Origin: Elsinoe ampelina
Taxonomy: Eukaryota
Direction: 5' to 3'
Length of the DNA: 64,000 nt
Assembly (NCBI GenBank): GCA_010093995.1
Contig: ML992509.1
Span: 790,178-854,177, forward strand
Below the pieces are notes generated by a model. That model had not been told where the DNA came from, did no database searches, and worked only from the letters and a program-made list of their open reading frames with translations. Positions 1 to 12,176 of the stretch are shown here, one piece after another (within the stretch, counting starts at the first letter, position 1; every line of letters begins with the position of its first letter). The translations under genes and the position numbers were made by a program.

Positions 1-1237
1 ACACCTAAAGTAATAATCTTCTTCTTTGTAAATAACATTACTATTATATATCTTAAGAAGCACAAGGAGAAAGCTAATACTATTATTATAGCCCTCTATA
101 CTAAATATAAGATAAAGGTACTTAGAGATCTAAGCTAGTTTCTAGCTATCTAAGTTATAAGGGATAGACTAATAAAGAGACTCTAGCTTAGCTAAGCCTA
201 GTATATACAACAGATATATAGTAAGTTTATTATAGAACTAATAAGGCTAGTATTAATACTACTACTAATTAAGATACTTTAACCTTATAAAGGCTAAGTA
301 TTACTATAAGAGATCTACCTATATTAGTAAAAGATAAAATCTATTAACTTTATAGCAGTTATTATAAGGCCTAATATAGCCTTTGCTACTTCTAGATTAT
401 TAGAGTATCTAATAAATCTATTACTAACTTACTAGAGAATAGTAAATAGAGTAATCTAATATCTCTATAAAACTAAGAATTTAGCTCTTACCTTTAATAG
501 CTTAATACTACTAATCTTTTAAGCTTTATTAGATACTAGCTTTAGTAGCCACCTAACAAGGAAGAGCCTTTAAGGCTATCTCTTTAAGATGTTTTAAGGA
601 TTAATTAACTAGAAGGCTATAAAGCAACTAATAGTTACAACATTAACTATAGAGGCTAAGCTACTTACTCTTATAAAGACTACTAAGTAAGCTATGTAGT
701 AGAGGAGGCTAATAGCCTCTATCTATCCCCTTAAGTATATTAGTATTTAGTGTAATAATTAGTAAACAATTAGCCTTATTACTAGTCTAATTAAGAAGCT
801 TAATATACGCCTTTATTATATTAATATCTATTATTACTAGCTAAGACAAGAGATTAATCTAGCTAGAGATCTATCTAGCCCTATCTTAGTAACATAGACA
901 CTATTAGTAGACACCTTAGCTAATAGATTAACTAAGTTATTGCTACCTAGAAGGTATAAGGCCTTCTTATAATAGCTATCTCTCGAGTTAGTAGTTCACT
1001 AACTAGCTATAACAGCCTTATAGCTATTTAGTGAAGGGGTGTGTCAACCGAGGTATAAGCTAGAGCGCTAAGAAGGACCCTAATTTAGTTTATCCCTTAG
1101 TAGAACTAAACACTTATCTACTACTCTACCAATTCATAATTAAATTAGATAGTTATTGTCTTAATCTATTATTACTCAGGAGTTCTATTAATTTATCTAT
1201 CTCTTAGTTTATCAGGTTAAGTATTTATATAGTTACA
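1..1237 (+). mobile_element. RIP-mutated Ty1/copia LTR retrotransposon, 3' part (RT C-terminus, RNase H, PPT, 3' LTR); 5' part lies outside the window
   Basis: Very AT/TpA-rich, with an abrupt return to normal GC at 1238. From 532 it reads DTSFSSHLTRKSL*GYLFKMF*GLIN*KAIKQLIVTTLTIEAKLLTL, the copia RNase H motif (DASF..RKS.QGYLFK.FGGPIDWKATKQ.TVTTSTTEAE) after C>T/G>A changes. RT-like LS*FLAI*VIRDR..KRL*LS*A*YI at ~130-207 and LANRLTK (ADGLTK) at ~916-936. Confidence 0.9.
1042..1237 (+). repeat. 3' LTR (~196 bp) preceded by a polypurine tract
   Basis: Purine tract GAAGGGG(T)G at 1033-1041, then TGTCAAC at 1042; ends GTTACA at 1237 (TG...CA termini) exactly where the AT-rich sequence stops. 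The 5' LTR and TSD cannot be checked here. Confidence 0.7.
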
Positions 1238-1719
1238 ATCCACCTCAGTTTGGTGGATCAGGCAGTAATCAATCCTTTTTCCTCCCCTACACAAGTCAAC
1301 AGAATCACTTCCGCCATTTGCGGATCTGCAGACGGCAATTCCCGTGATCCACTCGCGTCACAGGTTTGGAGCTGGGGAAACCGGCTGTATTCTTCTTCTC
1401 TTGCATCGACACATTGCACCTCAAACACTTATTCATCCATGCCGAGCGGGGACACAGAGTCGCCTCATCTTTGGCGAAATTGACTCCTCAATTTGGAGCG
1501 GTTCAACTGCTCAAATTCTCACGGACACTTGACCCTTGCAGGACCCCGAGATCGCGTTCCTGAAAGCTCGGTTTTTGAAGGTCTTCCTACCGAGCAGCCG
1601 ACCCCTGGCGAGCCACAACGATAGCTCCAACAAGGCCGCAGAGTGAGGGCAGAGCTCGGAGACAGAATACGAGAGGACAGTTCAGAGCGCCGACATCATA
1701 GGAGCGAACTTTGGCCGAA

Positions 1720-4700
1720 ATGAACCCCTCACACAGGGAATGGCCTCGTCCGCCCGCGAGCGCCAACAACATTCACCGAGAAGGTGAACAATCGCACTCT
1801 CAACCTCACAGGCCTGGTGCTGGATATGGGTAAGTTCGCCTTCACCAAGCTTGCCTGCTTCTACCGGCGCGACACTGGCAAGAAAGAATTTCAGACTGAC
1901 GCCATCACTAGACCGAGCCCCTCACAAGCTTCACCTCATGCGCCAGCAAGCAGTCTACCGCCATCGTCGGGTAAGTGGGACGCATAAACACAATTCTACA
2001 TTGCGCATAAGCTGACAAATATATCTAGGACATTTTGTGCCATATCAACAGCCAGCTCACGGCCTTCCTGCGCTTGCAAGTATAGGTCAAGGTTCGCCCC
2101 GAAATCAACCTCCACCGCCGGCATCGCATCATCCAGGCGCTTTCCCTGGAGGTGCACCAGGCTCGCGCGAAGCTCAAGAAGCTAGAGATCGAGAACAGCG
2201 GGAAGTACATATCAAGGAAGAGCAGGATCGCCGCGAGCGAGATGTCAGAGAACGACAGCTGTTAGAACAGATGCATCCGCAGCAAGCGCAAGGTCCGCCA
2301 ATTCAGTTGCACCAGCCTGTCGCGGTTGGTCCACACACTGTTCATGGGCCCAATGGTCTGCTTGGAAACCCTGCAGCTCTGGCAGGTGCTGGCGCCCCTC
2401 AACAACTCAGTGGTCCGCCCGGTGCGCCGCCAGCTTATCCAGGTCCACTTGTCCAACAGCCAGGTGGGCCGGTGCAATCTGGCTTGTCCGTCCCTTCTCC
2501 AGCGACCGCAGCACAAGCTGCTGCCCAGGCGCAAGCGCAAGGACAACAGCCGATTCTCAATGTATGTTCCGTGACTTCAAGATCGGCGGAATGGCACTGA
2601 CAAGTTGCAGGACGCACTGAGCTATCTGGATCAGGTCAAGATCCAGTTCAGTGAGAATCCAGACGTTTATAACAGATTTTTGGATATCATGAAAGATTTC
2701 AAGAGTGGAGTGTAAGTTCATATCTCTGACAGACTTCCCGCAACGCTAATTTTCCAATAGAATCGACACACCTGGAGTCATCGACCGTGTTTCTTCTTTG
2801 TTCGCGGGCAATCCGGCGCTTATTCAAGGGTTTAACACATTCTTGCCCCCTGGGTATCGCATTGAATGCGGTACTGGCGACGACCCGAACGCCATACGAG
2901 TCACCACGCCCATGGGTAACACCGTCTTGGCGATGCCAGCTCCATACAGACCACTGTCGCGTGCTGATGGAGACCGCGCAGGTGGTGCTCGAACGCCACA
3001 GCCAGGCTACTCGCCAAGCGGTCGCCCTGTGGGACCTGCCACTGTATCAGCTCAGATCGCCGCGCAGCAAGCGCAAGCCGAGGCTCGTGATGGCGCACAT
3101 GCTCTGCAGGATTCCGCGCGTGGTATGTTCCAACAACACTCCGGCACATCACCAATTCCAGGTCGAGTCACACCAATTCCGTCCGGTGAGGGTCTGGATG
3201 GACAAGCAGGGGATTTGGACGACAAGAAGGAGCCTGTTGAGTTCAACCACGCTATCAACTACGTGAACAAGATCAAGAATCGGTTCTCGTCACAACCTGA
3301 GATTTACAAGTCTTTCCTGGACATCCTTCAAACATATCAGCGCGAATCACGACCAATTCAGGAAGTCTATGGACAGGTCACGAAATTGTTTGAGTCGGCG
3401 CCAGATCTCCTTGAAGACTTTAAACAATTTCTACCTGAAACGACAGCAAAGTCGAAAGCTGCAAAGGCCGCCCGAAGGAGGGACGACGCTGTCAAGACTA
3501 GTGACCTTCGTGAGAGCTCAAAGACGGCGCAACTCCAAAAGACGCCTCATGCAGACAACAGACTTCCTCCAGTTGGCAACTTTGCTCCTACACCCACCGT
3601 TAACAAGGACCATAAGAGGAAGCGTGGTGACACCAAGTCTGGCATGGGCGCTCTCGGTATCACACCAAATGACCAGGGCAAAGGTCTCGGAGCCAGCGGT
3701 AGCGTCGTGAAGAAGGCAAAACACACTGGAGGTATGAGAGTGGACGAGACCGCTGCTGTGTCACCGACATTGGTTCCTGCGCTTCCACAGCCGATGCCCC
3801 CAACCTCAAAGTCCTCAGCGACAAACGACGAGCTAAGCTTCTTCGACCGCGCAAAGAAGACCATCGGTAATAAGAACACGATGAACGAATTCTTGAAGCT
3901 TTGCAATTTGTTCACTCAGGATCTGATCGACAAGACGACTTTGGTTCACCGAGCTCGCAGCTTTATCGGGAGCAACCCAGAGCTCTTCAAGTGGTTCACA
4001 ACATGGGTTGGTTACGAGGATGCCGACGCCTTAGTTATCGAGAATCGCGCGCGACATCCTTCCGGGCGCGTAATGCTGAGCAACTGCCGCGGCTTGGGTC
4101 CCAGCTACAGGCTGCTACCCAAGCGGGAGCGTCTAAAGCCCTGCAGCGGACGTGACGAGCTGTGCAATTCGGTTCTCAACGACGATTGGGCTTCACATCC
4201 GACATGGGCCTCAGAAGATTCAGGCTTCATCGCACATCGCAAGAACACGTATGAAGAAGGTCTCCACAAGATCGAAGAAGAGCGTCACGACTACGACTTC
4301 CACATCGAGGCCTGCGGACGAACGATTCAACTGCTCGAACCATTTGCACAGCAACTTTTGCGCATGCCCGAGAAGGAGCGCGAGACGGTCGAGATTCCGC
4401 CTGGCATTGGCGGTCAAAGCGAGACTATTCACAAGCGTATCATCATGAAGATCTATGGCCGCCAAGCTGGACAGGATGTCATCGAGGCGCTGCATCAAAA
4501 GCCATACGCTGTCATACCTATCGTGTTGAACCGATTGAAGCAGAAACATGAGGAGTGGAAGAATGCTCAGCGCGAGTGGGAGAAGGTCTGGCGGGAGCAG
4601 ACTTCCAAGATCTTCTGGAAATCCCTGGATCATCAAGCTGTCAACGCGAAGCAAGCGGACAAGCGCCAATTCCAGACCAAGACGCTACTCGGGGAGATCC

Positions 4701-6424
4701 AGACCAAGTACGAAGAGCAGAAGAAGCAACGTGTCCAGGGAGCCTCGCTCGCGCAGGTCACGAAGCCACAGATGACCTTCGCCATTGAGGACCTGGACGT
4801 CGTTGCAGATGCTTGCTGTCTGGTCCTGACGTATGCTGAGCACCAGCATGCTACCGAGGCGCCTCGCTTTGCAAGCTTCATCCGAGAATTTGTTCCGACG
4901 TTCTTCAGCATTGACCCAGAGTGGTTCAACCACCAGATCAAGCTGAAGCTTGGTGAAGAGAGTGGCGATGAGATCATGTCCGACTATGATGGATCTGCAG
5001 GTCCCAAGCGGAAGATTGGCAAGAAGGATGATCTTCGTCGTGGCGTGCTCGACCGTGCCAACAAGAATGGTCGAGCCGACGGCAGTGGAACTCCATTCAG
5101 TCGTGCCTCTACACCCGATCACGCATCCCGGGCTGATGAGGAGATGAGCGAGGCCGCCGAGGTTTCCGCTGAGGATGGTGCAGACGCCATCAACGATACT
5201 TGGGCTGATTACCCTGCCGGCCTGAACAAGTACCGCAACAAGGAGATCAACCTCAACGAGCCGTACAAGCGGAACGACTACAATCTGTACGGCAACACGT
5301 CGATCTACTGCTTCATCCGCATGTTCGTCATATTATACGAACGTCTCAGCAAGCTCAAGGAGTCGGAAGCGGAAGTCCAAGACGCAGTCAAACGAGCTAT
5401 GATGAGCAAGGCCGCAATCGATCTCGGACTGGTGGAGAAGCAACCAACAGATTTCTTCAGCGATGTCAGCCCGTCAGCCAATTACTACAGACAAATGCTG
5501 GGCATGTTCGACGACTTGATCCGGAACAATGACATCGACCAGCCGCATATCGAAGAAACTCTTCGAAGATACTACCTCCAGTCGGGCTGGCAGCTCTACA
5601 GTGTTGACAAGTTGCTGAGCGCCCTTGTCCGCTTCGTGATCGGCATCATGGCAAGTGATAGCCGAGACAAGAGCTGGGAGATTTTGCAAGCCTTCAAAAA
5701 GGATCGTGTCAAGGATGAGACGACTTACTACGACGAGATGAATTACCGCAAGACAGTCGAGCGCTACATCAAGGATGGCGACACGTACAAGATCAACTTT
5801 GTAAGGCTAAACCCTGGCCCTCTCGAGAATGATGTAGATACTGACTTCCAACAGGACGCGGATAAGTCCCTCATCAGCATGAAAGTCTTCAAGCGCGACG
5901 AGCCCACCTTCGAAACCTCCACCATGATCGCAGAAGACGTCTGGCGAGTCTATGTCAACGACTTCCTCTCCACTTCGCCCACCCATGGCACACCAATGGA
6001 GCTCATCTCCCTCCCCGTTCTTAAGCGCAACATCAAGACCGCCGGCACCGCCAACGGCACAGCCGAGGGAGAAGAAGACGAATCCCTCGCGCGCCGCTAT
6101 GATTTCGTCAAAGCCAAAGAGCAGCTCGAATTCAAGATCCTGGTCGGCGACCTCAAGCTGGCCTTCACCCCGGAGAACGACGAGTACTGGCACCAGATGC
6201 TGCAGGCTCGCGCGGGGGGCAAAAAGGGTATTGAGGGTGCGGACGAGGCGGTGCATTATAGGGATGAGACCGTGGCGGAGAAGTTTACGATGAATAATGA
6301 GGGGATGAAGGGGTTGAGTAAGGAGGATGTGGAGGGGAAGAATGAGCTGTTCAGGAAGATGGCTGATGGGGAGCCGCAGGAAGGTGGGGCCGAGGGGGAG
6401 GGGGAGAAGATGGATGAGAGCTAG
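1720..6424 (+). CDS. SIN3: Sin3 histone deacetylase complex scaffold (PAH domains, HDAC-interacting domain, Sin3a_C)
   Basis: PAH1 [61 protein letters not shown]2 [61 protein letters not shown] 1720; GT-AG introns ~1830-1911, 1971-2028, 2562-2610, 2712-2760, 5801-5854. Confidence 0.96.
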
Positions 6425-8445
6425 AAGGCTCGTTCAGATGGTGGTGACAGAGCAGACGGCGGTCGTGAGGAACAAGGGTCGGATAAGGCGGCGGGAGCAG
6501 GGAACAGTGGTGAAGGGGATGATAACGGTGACGGGTCCGACGAGGACGAGAAGAAACCTGGCAAAGATCAGGCCCCAGATGCAGATGCAGAGGACCCCTC
6601 GGACGAGGAAAAGACATCATCCGAGAAATCAGACTCAGACTCCGAATTCGAGGCAGACCTGGGCGCGGCAGACCCGCCGGATGAAGGCTACGAATCACAG
6701 TCAAACGGCAATGCTCACCCGCCTAGACCCCTCTCGCCCCTCGACGGTGACGTGTCCGATGCTTCGACCGTGCTGGACCATCCACCGGGGTCGCCGCGGA
6801 TATACATCAGACGACTGGAATGGATGAGGGCGAGGAGGGAAAGGGCGGATATGCGGAGGAGGAGGCGGGATGAGGCTAGGGACGATGGAGGTGAGGACGA
6901 TGGTGTTGAGCATGGGTCGGCGGTGAAGGGGGGTTCGAGAAAGAACGATGGTTTGGGGGAGAAGGATGATGATGGTTAGCTGTAGCATTATTCGGTTTGG
7001 AGTTTGGGAATGATTCTCTTTTGCCTCTTCCATGCGCACTCCGTTCTACGCCTCGTTGTCGCATGTGATGCTTGACATCGGTCAGGTGATTCGTGGTTGC
7101 GTGACCACATCCTACTAGCGGAACATCTCAAAAAGAAGGCAAAGCGGCTCGGAAAGGAAGCATGCTTACCCGAAGGATAGGGTGATATATAATGAGCAGG
7201 CCAAGGGGATCGGCACGTGACATGAAGAAGGTCTATGGGCAATCTTGCCGGAAGGGCGTTCAGTGCTTCTAACGCTTTTCGGAGGATGGAAGGATAAGTC
7301 ACGACGCAGTCCTAGTAGAGCTTTGCTGACACTCAATAGAAAGGGGGCAAGGACCGGAGAATGAGCGAGCGGGCTTGATGGACTGGATGCAGACCAAAAG
7401 CGTTTTGAGCGCGTAGAGCTAAGAAGATAGCTGTCAATAGACCATTTGGAGCAAAACCCCTGATATGTGTGCACGATGAACGTAGTAGCAGGCGAAAGGC
7501 TTCATGCGGTAGCTTTGCCTGAAAGTCCGCTGCTCATGACCACGTGGATAGGAGATTTCACTAGGCCAGGAAGGCAAAGAAAAGCTCCGAATGACCGACA
7601 TGGTGGTTGTAATTTGTGGATCTGCCGTTTGCTCACCTTGACCTTAGTATCCAAGGGTTCAAGGCAATGCGAATGATCTTCGATCACCTGCACAAAGACT
7701 CGTCGCGCCTTGTTATGGTGGAACAAGTGAATTGTGCAGGCCCTATGAATGAACCTGAAGCATTTCATACATGATGCGAGTGATCTCACCTGTGTTTGCG
7801 ATTGAGGTCAGATTGCTCTGATACAAAGTGGTTATAGACAACGTGACATCATGGCGACAAAGATTCCAGCCTACCTATCTACCTTACCCAAAGAGGAAAC
7901 TATCTTCGCAGGACGAGACGGGGTTGCATGGCCCCGAAGACGTGACGGACATGCAGAATGCCTTGATTTTATTGTCATTCAGGCAATCACCATCCAGAAC
8001 CAGAGAAGCTGCTGCTGCTCCGTCTCTTCTCAAGGCGCTGGGCGGAGGCGGAGGGCTTGCCGGCGCACAAGGTCAGCACCGCCAGTCCCAGTCCCAGTCC
8101 CAGCTGCGGCAGCCTCGATGGACATTCAAGTATCCAAGCAGTCGCAAGAATGACACGGGTGTTGTTTTCTGTTGGTTCTCAACACCCAATTTTCCCTCTT
8201 TCCCTACCGTCGCCTTTACACACCTATCTACCAAAGCTCTGTTTGTTCTATTAGTACCAATACCGCCTCTATCGCGCAGACCTGAAACCAGACCTATCCC
8301 GACGGATCAATTTACTATTCTTCATACCCAAGTTCCTTTGCAATAATTGCCCATCCTGAACTCGTCATTGCGCAAACCAACCGCGTTGGGAGGACCGCCA
8401 CCTCCTTACACTTCGCAGTCCGCTGCCATCAATTCACAAACCGCC

Positions 8446-9186
8446 ATGGCTAGTTACCCAGGCGCCGCCTATCTCCAAGGGCAACCTCTTCCAGGTCCAC
8501 CACCAGGACCACCTCCAGGACCGTCAAGGCAGGCATCGCACGCCTCGCAGTACTCGAACAATTCATACGGCGCGCCTTCACCATATCAAGAGGGATCAGC
8601 TCACAATCAAGCTCCTACCTCGGCACCTCAGCCATTCCTCCATTTCCAACCACAGCCGAACGGCCAGCAACTTCCTCCAATTCCCCAGCATAGACCGCTG
8701 TCCAATTCCCAGATGAGACACCACTCTTACTCTCAACCACAGCAGATCCCTCCTGGCTACCTCGGCCCACCAGGCTACCTCCATCCCCAGCACGCTTCTG
8801 CCCCTCAACAGTCCTGGATGCCTCCAAGCGGTCCCAATACACCGGGCAGCTACCCCTTCGGTGAGCCAGGCTACTCTCAGCATCCAGGCTTGGATCCTCG
8901 CCGATACAGCGCCTCCTCTCACGGATCTTACCACTCGACACACAGCAAAGGCCGCAAGGGCCGCTACAGCGACGACAGCGGCTTCAGCGACGACGAGACG
9001 TGGGATAGCATGTACGACAGCGAAGAGGAAGAGAGGCGCCGGAGGAAGAAAGAGAGGCGGAAGAGGAGAGAAGAGGAGGCTAGCAAGAGCAAGCGGAAGA
9101 GGGACCGGCCTACCTTGGGAGACAGCGTCTTCGCCGTCTTCGATGGGTTCAAGGGGGCATTTAGCAGTACGGACGCAAAGCATTAG
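8446..9186 (+). CDS. Pro/Gln/Ser-rich low-complexity hypothetical protein with a basic/acidic C-terminal segment
   Basis: Open frame with a good start context (ccgccATGg) and biased codon use; ends ...RRRKKERRKR...RPTLGDSVFAVFDGFKGAF. No domain recognised. Confidence 0.7.
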   Translation: MASYPGAAYLQGQPLPGPPPGPPPGPSRQASHASQYSNNSYGAPSPYQEGSAHNQAPTSAPQPFLHFQPQPNGQQLPPIPQHRPLSNSQMRHHSYSQPQQIPPGYLGPPGYLHPQHASAPQQSWMPPSGPNTPGSYPFGEPGYSQHPGLDPRRYSASSHGSYHSTHSKGRKGRYSDDSGFSDDETWDSMYDSEEEERRRRKKERRKRREEEASKSKRKRDRPTLGDSVFAVFDGFKGAFSSTDAKH

Positions 9187-11156
9187 GATTACAACGGTCT
9201 GGATGGAATGCTGGAGAAGAAGTGAGGGAGTCAACACTTTGAGCTTGGGTAGGGTTGGACAAGGGCTGGTCTGCTTGCTTTTTGCATTGCCTTTTTGGAG
9301 AGCGTTTTGAGGGCTTTAACGACACCACGACCTTGTTGTTTTACTTGGGCGAAGCAGCATGATGATCTGTAATAGAAGTGTATAATTAGCGAGAGCACAA
9401 TGCATACATACCAGGAATTGCTACTGCCCTAACTCCCAACGTACTTCGGACAACGTGGTCAAAAGGGAAAGCACTGTAACATGCTTGAGAGAACGAACTG
9501 GCTCAAGCTGCTGGAGGAGGGAAGCTTACTGATGCCTACACTTACCGCTCGCGATGAGCTAGACTCACCTGCAGAAGTCGCCCAACAAGTAGGAGAAATA
9601 GAGCTCCCATTCATCGTAAGCCAGGGGGGGAAGGAGAAATCCGTTGTGAACATCAGATCGAGCATGGACAAGTTCAGCCACGTACACCTCCATCCCATCC
9701 CTGCGGCAACAATGTGCAGAACATGCAAGCCTCCCAAACGTTGACACATGCTGAGTGGGTGCGACGACGAGTCGCTGCACAGCATGTGCGCGTACCTACG
9801 GATCCCCAGCAATGAACCAAAAGGCCAATTGCGTACTCCTGCAGAGCTGGTCGTTGACTCGTTGACTCGGTGATGTCCCTCGTCGGATCAAGGGGGATCA
9901 AATAGTGGGGCAAAATAGCTGCTGCGGACGCAGGCGTCAGAATTTCTAACGTCGTGCAGTCACCACAAGAAGAAGTCACCCCGCCCGTCCGTGTCCGTCT
10001 GTCGGGAAAAAAAAGTCAAGCAGGACTGGTGTCGAGTCAAGCCCTGACTGCGCTTGGAAGGCCTCGGGGGGGTCGCAAGTGAGGCTTGGACGGCGGGTCG
10101 AGAGGAGTTATAGTTCTTGGGTGCCTGAGTCGGTCGAGCACTGGTGGTCTGTCCTCAGTTTGTGAAATGCGCGGATTGTTGCAGTTTTGACAGGCGTTTT
10201 GATGCCGTGAGGGTTTCTGGAAGGATGGGGGGCAGCGAGTCAGGGGATGAGAAAATCTAAAGTCCGACGAGTTCGTTGCGGACGAGAACGGGTGAATGAG
10301 AGCGGGAACATGTTCACTTGACGGACAGATGATATGGAGATGGGATCGGATGGAGATGCCGCTGTCTGTGGACGTCGTGATGGTAACTCGGATATCTTTC
10401 GCTTGCCAATTGCTTGTCCAGGAGAAGAAAGTGACAGGAGCATGCTCAAACTTGGTCCTAACGCCCAGCTCACAATTGAGAAGGTTTGGAAGCTGCAGTC
10501 AGTACGCGTGTCTCAGCGTCTCAGCCTTTTTTTCTCCTCGAGTCCGTGAGGTGTGTCAGCACAAGGCAGTCAAATTACCTTCCCGCCCAGTCATCAGGCA
10601 CCAAAATTCGACCCACACTCGGAGCTGACGAAGGGCTTTGGCGCAGTGAAGCCACCACCAAACCGCGAGGCCGGCGACAAGAACCACCGAAACGGCCGTC
10701 GGACCGTCCGCTGTCAAAGGAAGCTGACCATACAAATCCATCCGCGTATTCGCTTTTCAGTCCTCCCATTGGTCCTCGTCTTTCGCCCGACCTAAACCCC
10801 GGTGCCTTTTTTCCTTTTGCTTTCTCATCCTTGTGCACGATCCTAGTGCTTGATTGCGTCTCCGCTAAGGCCGCAGCATGGGTTCAGCGGACATGTGAGA
10901 CGGGAATGCTCCGGCCAGGTAAGAGTGATATATGACCCTGATTGTTCCCACCGGTTCTCGAGAGTATAGACCATTCCCGTTCCACGATCTTCACGCTTCA
11001 TACAAGGGTGTTTCACAGTTTGATGTCAGCTTGCGATCACCGACAACATACATCAGTCTTACGCAACCACCAATTGATATAGACACCTCACACCCACCAC
11101 GATCAAACAACCACACACCCAACATCACGACTCAGCATCACTACGTACACACAACA

Positions 11157-11822
11157 ATGGTCAACACCCACATCCTCCCCTCCCTCCCCGCCCTCCGCCC
11201 ACCCCAAATCATCTCCCTCCCACTCAACACCACGCCCACATCCCACCCCACCAACGCCTCCTCACCAAACCTCACCACCCCCACCACCTCCCGCCCACAA
11301 ATGCCCTCGCGACACTCAATGGACTCCTCCACCTCCACCTCGACCATCTCCTCCATCTCCTCCACCGACTCCATCCCCCGCTCCACCCCGCGGACAATCT
11401 CCACCCGCTCCTCCTTCGACCCCCTCTCCCTCCCCGCCGAAGTCCCAACCGACTTCTCCCTCCCCCCCTCGTCGGCAGCGATCAAAGCCCAACTCAACCG
11501 GCCCCGCGCCAGGTCCCACGGCCACGGTGGGGGCAGCTACACCTCTTCCCCCTCCAGCACATCCCCCTCCAGTTCGTCAGGCCTTAGCTCCTCCCTCCCC
11601 CGCTCCGCGGACGCGGCAGGGGATGGCTTCCTCCACCCTGGCCAGGCGGCGGCGGCGGCGTCGGCGAATCGCATGAGTTACACGGGGAACTACTCTGCCA
11701 TGACGGAGAGTTTCGCGAGTTTGGGGCTGCAGAGCAGGACGAGTTCGCCGGTGCTCAGGGCGAGGGGGTGTGAGGGGTTGAGTGAGGAGGTGAGGTTGGA
11801 GATGAGGATGTATAGGGATTAG
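11157..11822 (+). CDS. Ser/Pro/Thr-rich hypothetical protein
   Basis: ATG in acaacaATGg context after a CA-rich leader; 221-aa frame with the same C-rich/G-rich pattern seen at the ends of other genes here. Confidence 0.55.
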   Translation: MVNTHILPSLPALRPPQIISLPLNTTPTSHPTNASSPNLTTPTTSRPQMPSRHSMDSSTSTSTISSISSTDSIPRSTPRTISTRSSFDPLSLPAEVPTDFSLPPSSAAIKAQLNRPRARSHGHGGGSYTSSPSSTSPSSSSGLSSSLPRSADAAGDGFLHPGQAAAAASANRMSYTGNYSAMTESFASLGLQSRTSSPVLRARGCEGLSEEVRLEMRMYRD

Positions 11823-12176
11823 AGAGCCGGGGTGACGGGTCACGGGGGGGGGGGCTGTCATGGATGTTATGATCACGGTGATGGATTGTCTGGTTCAGCG
11901 TTGCGGGTATTTTTGGGATCTGGAGCAGCGATGATACCACTTTTCGTTTGGGAATGGTCAGGGGGCGGGGACTCTAGTGCAGAGCTCCGCCTGGAATTGG
12001 CATGGGATAGATTTCGTCTCGGGTAGACATGTATGAAACACCGCTCAAGCGGGTTGACCACGCAAGCTATGCGTCTCTCCTCGTGCTTCGTGACTCGTGA
12101 ATGCCCTACCTCTACCGCTGCTGCGTGCTATGAATCAAGATCCCCACATGCTGTGCGCGGAAAACTAAAGACTGAG

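Noticed and set aside
7000..8445. ORFs 7828-8346 and 7851-8153 and the (GTCCCA)3 microrepeat
   Set aside because: Looks like promoter/5' UTR of the 8446 gene; no coding evidence.
9400..10930. Several 60-150 aa ORFs in a long intergenic stretch
   Set aside because: No motifs, no consistent splice model and no codon bias; probably regulatory or UTR sequence.
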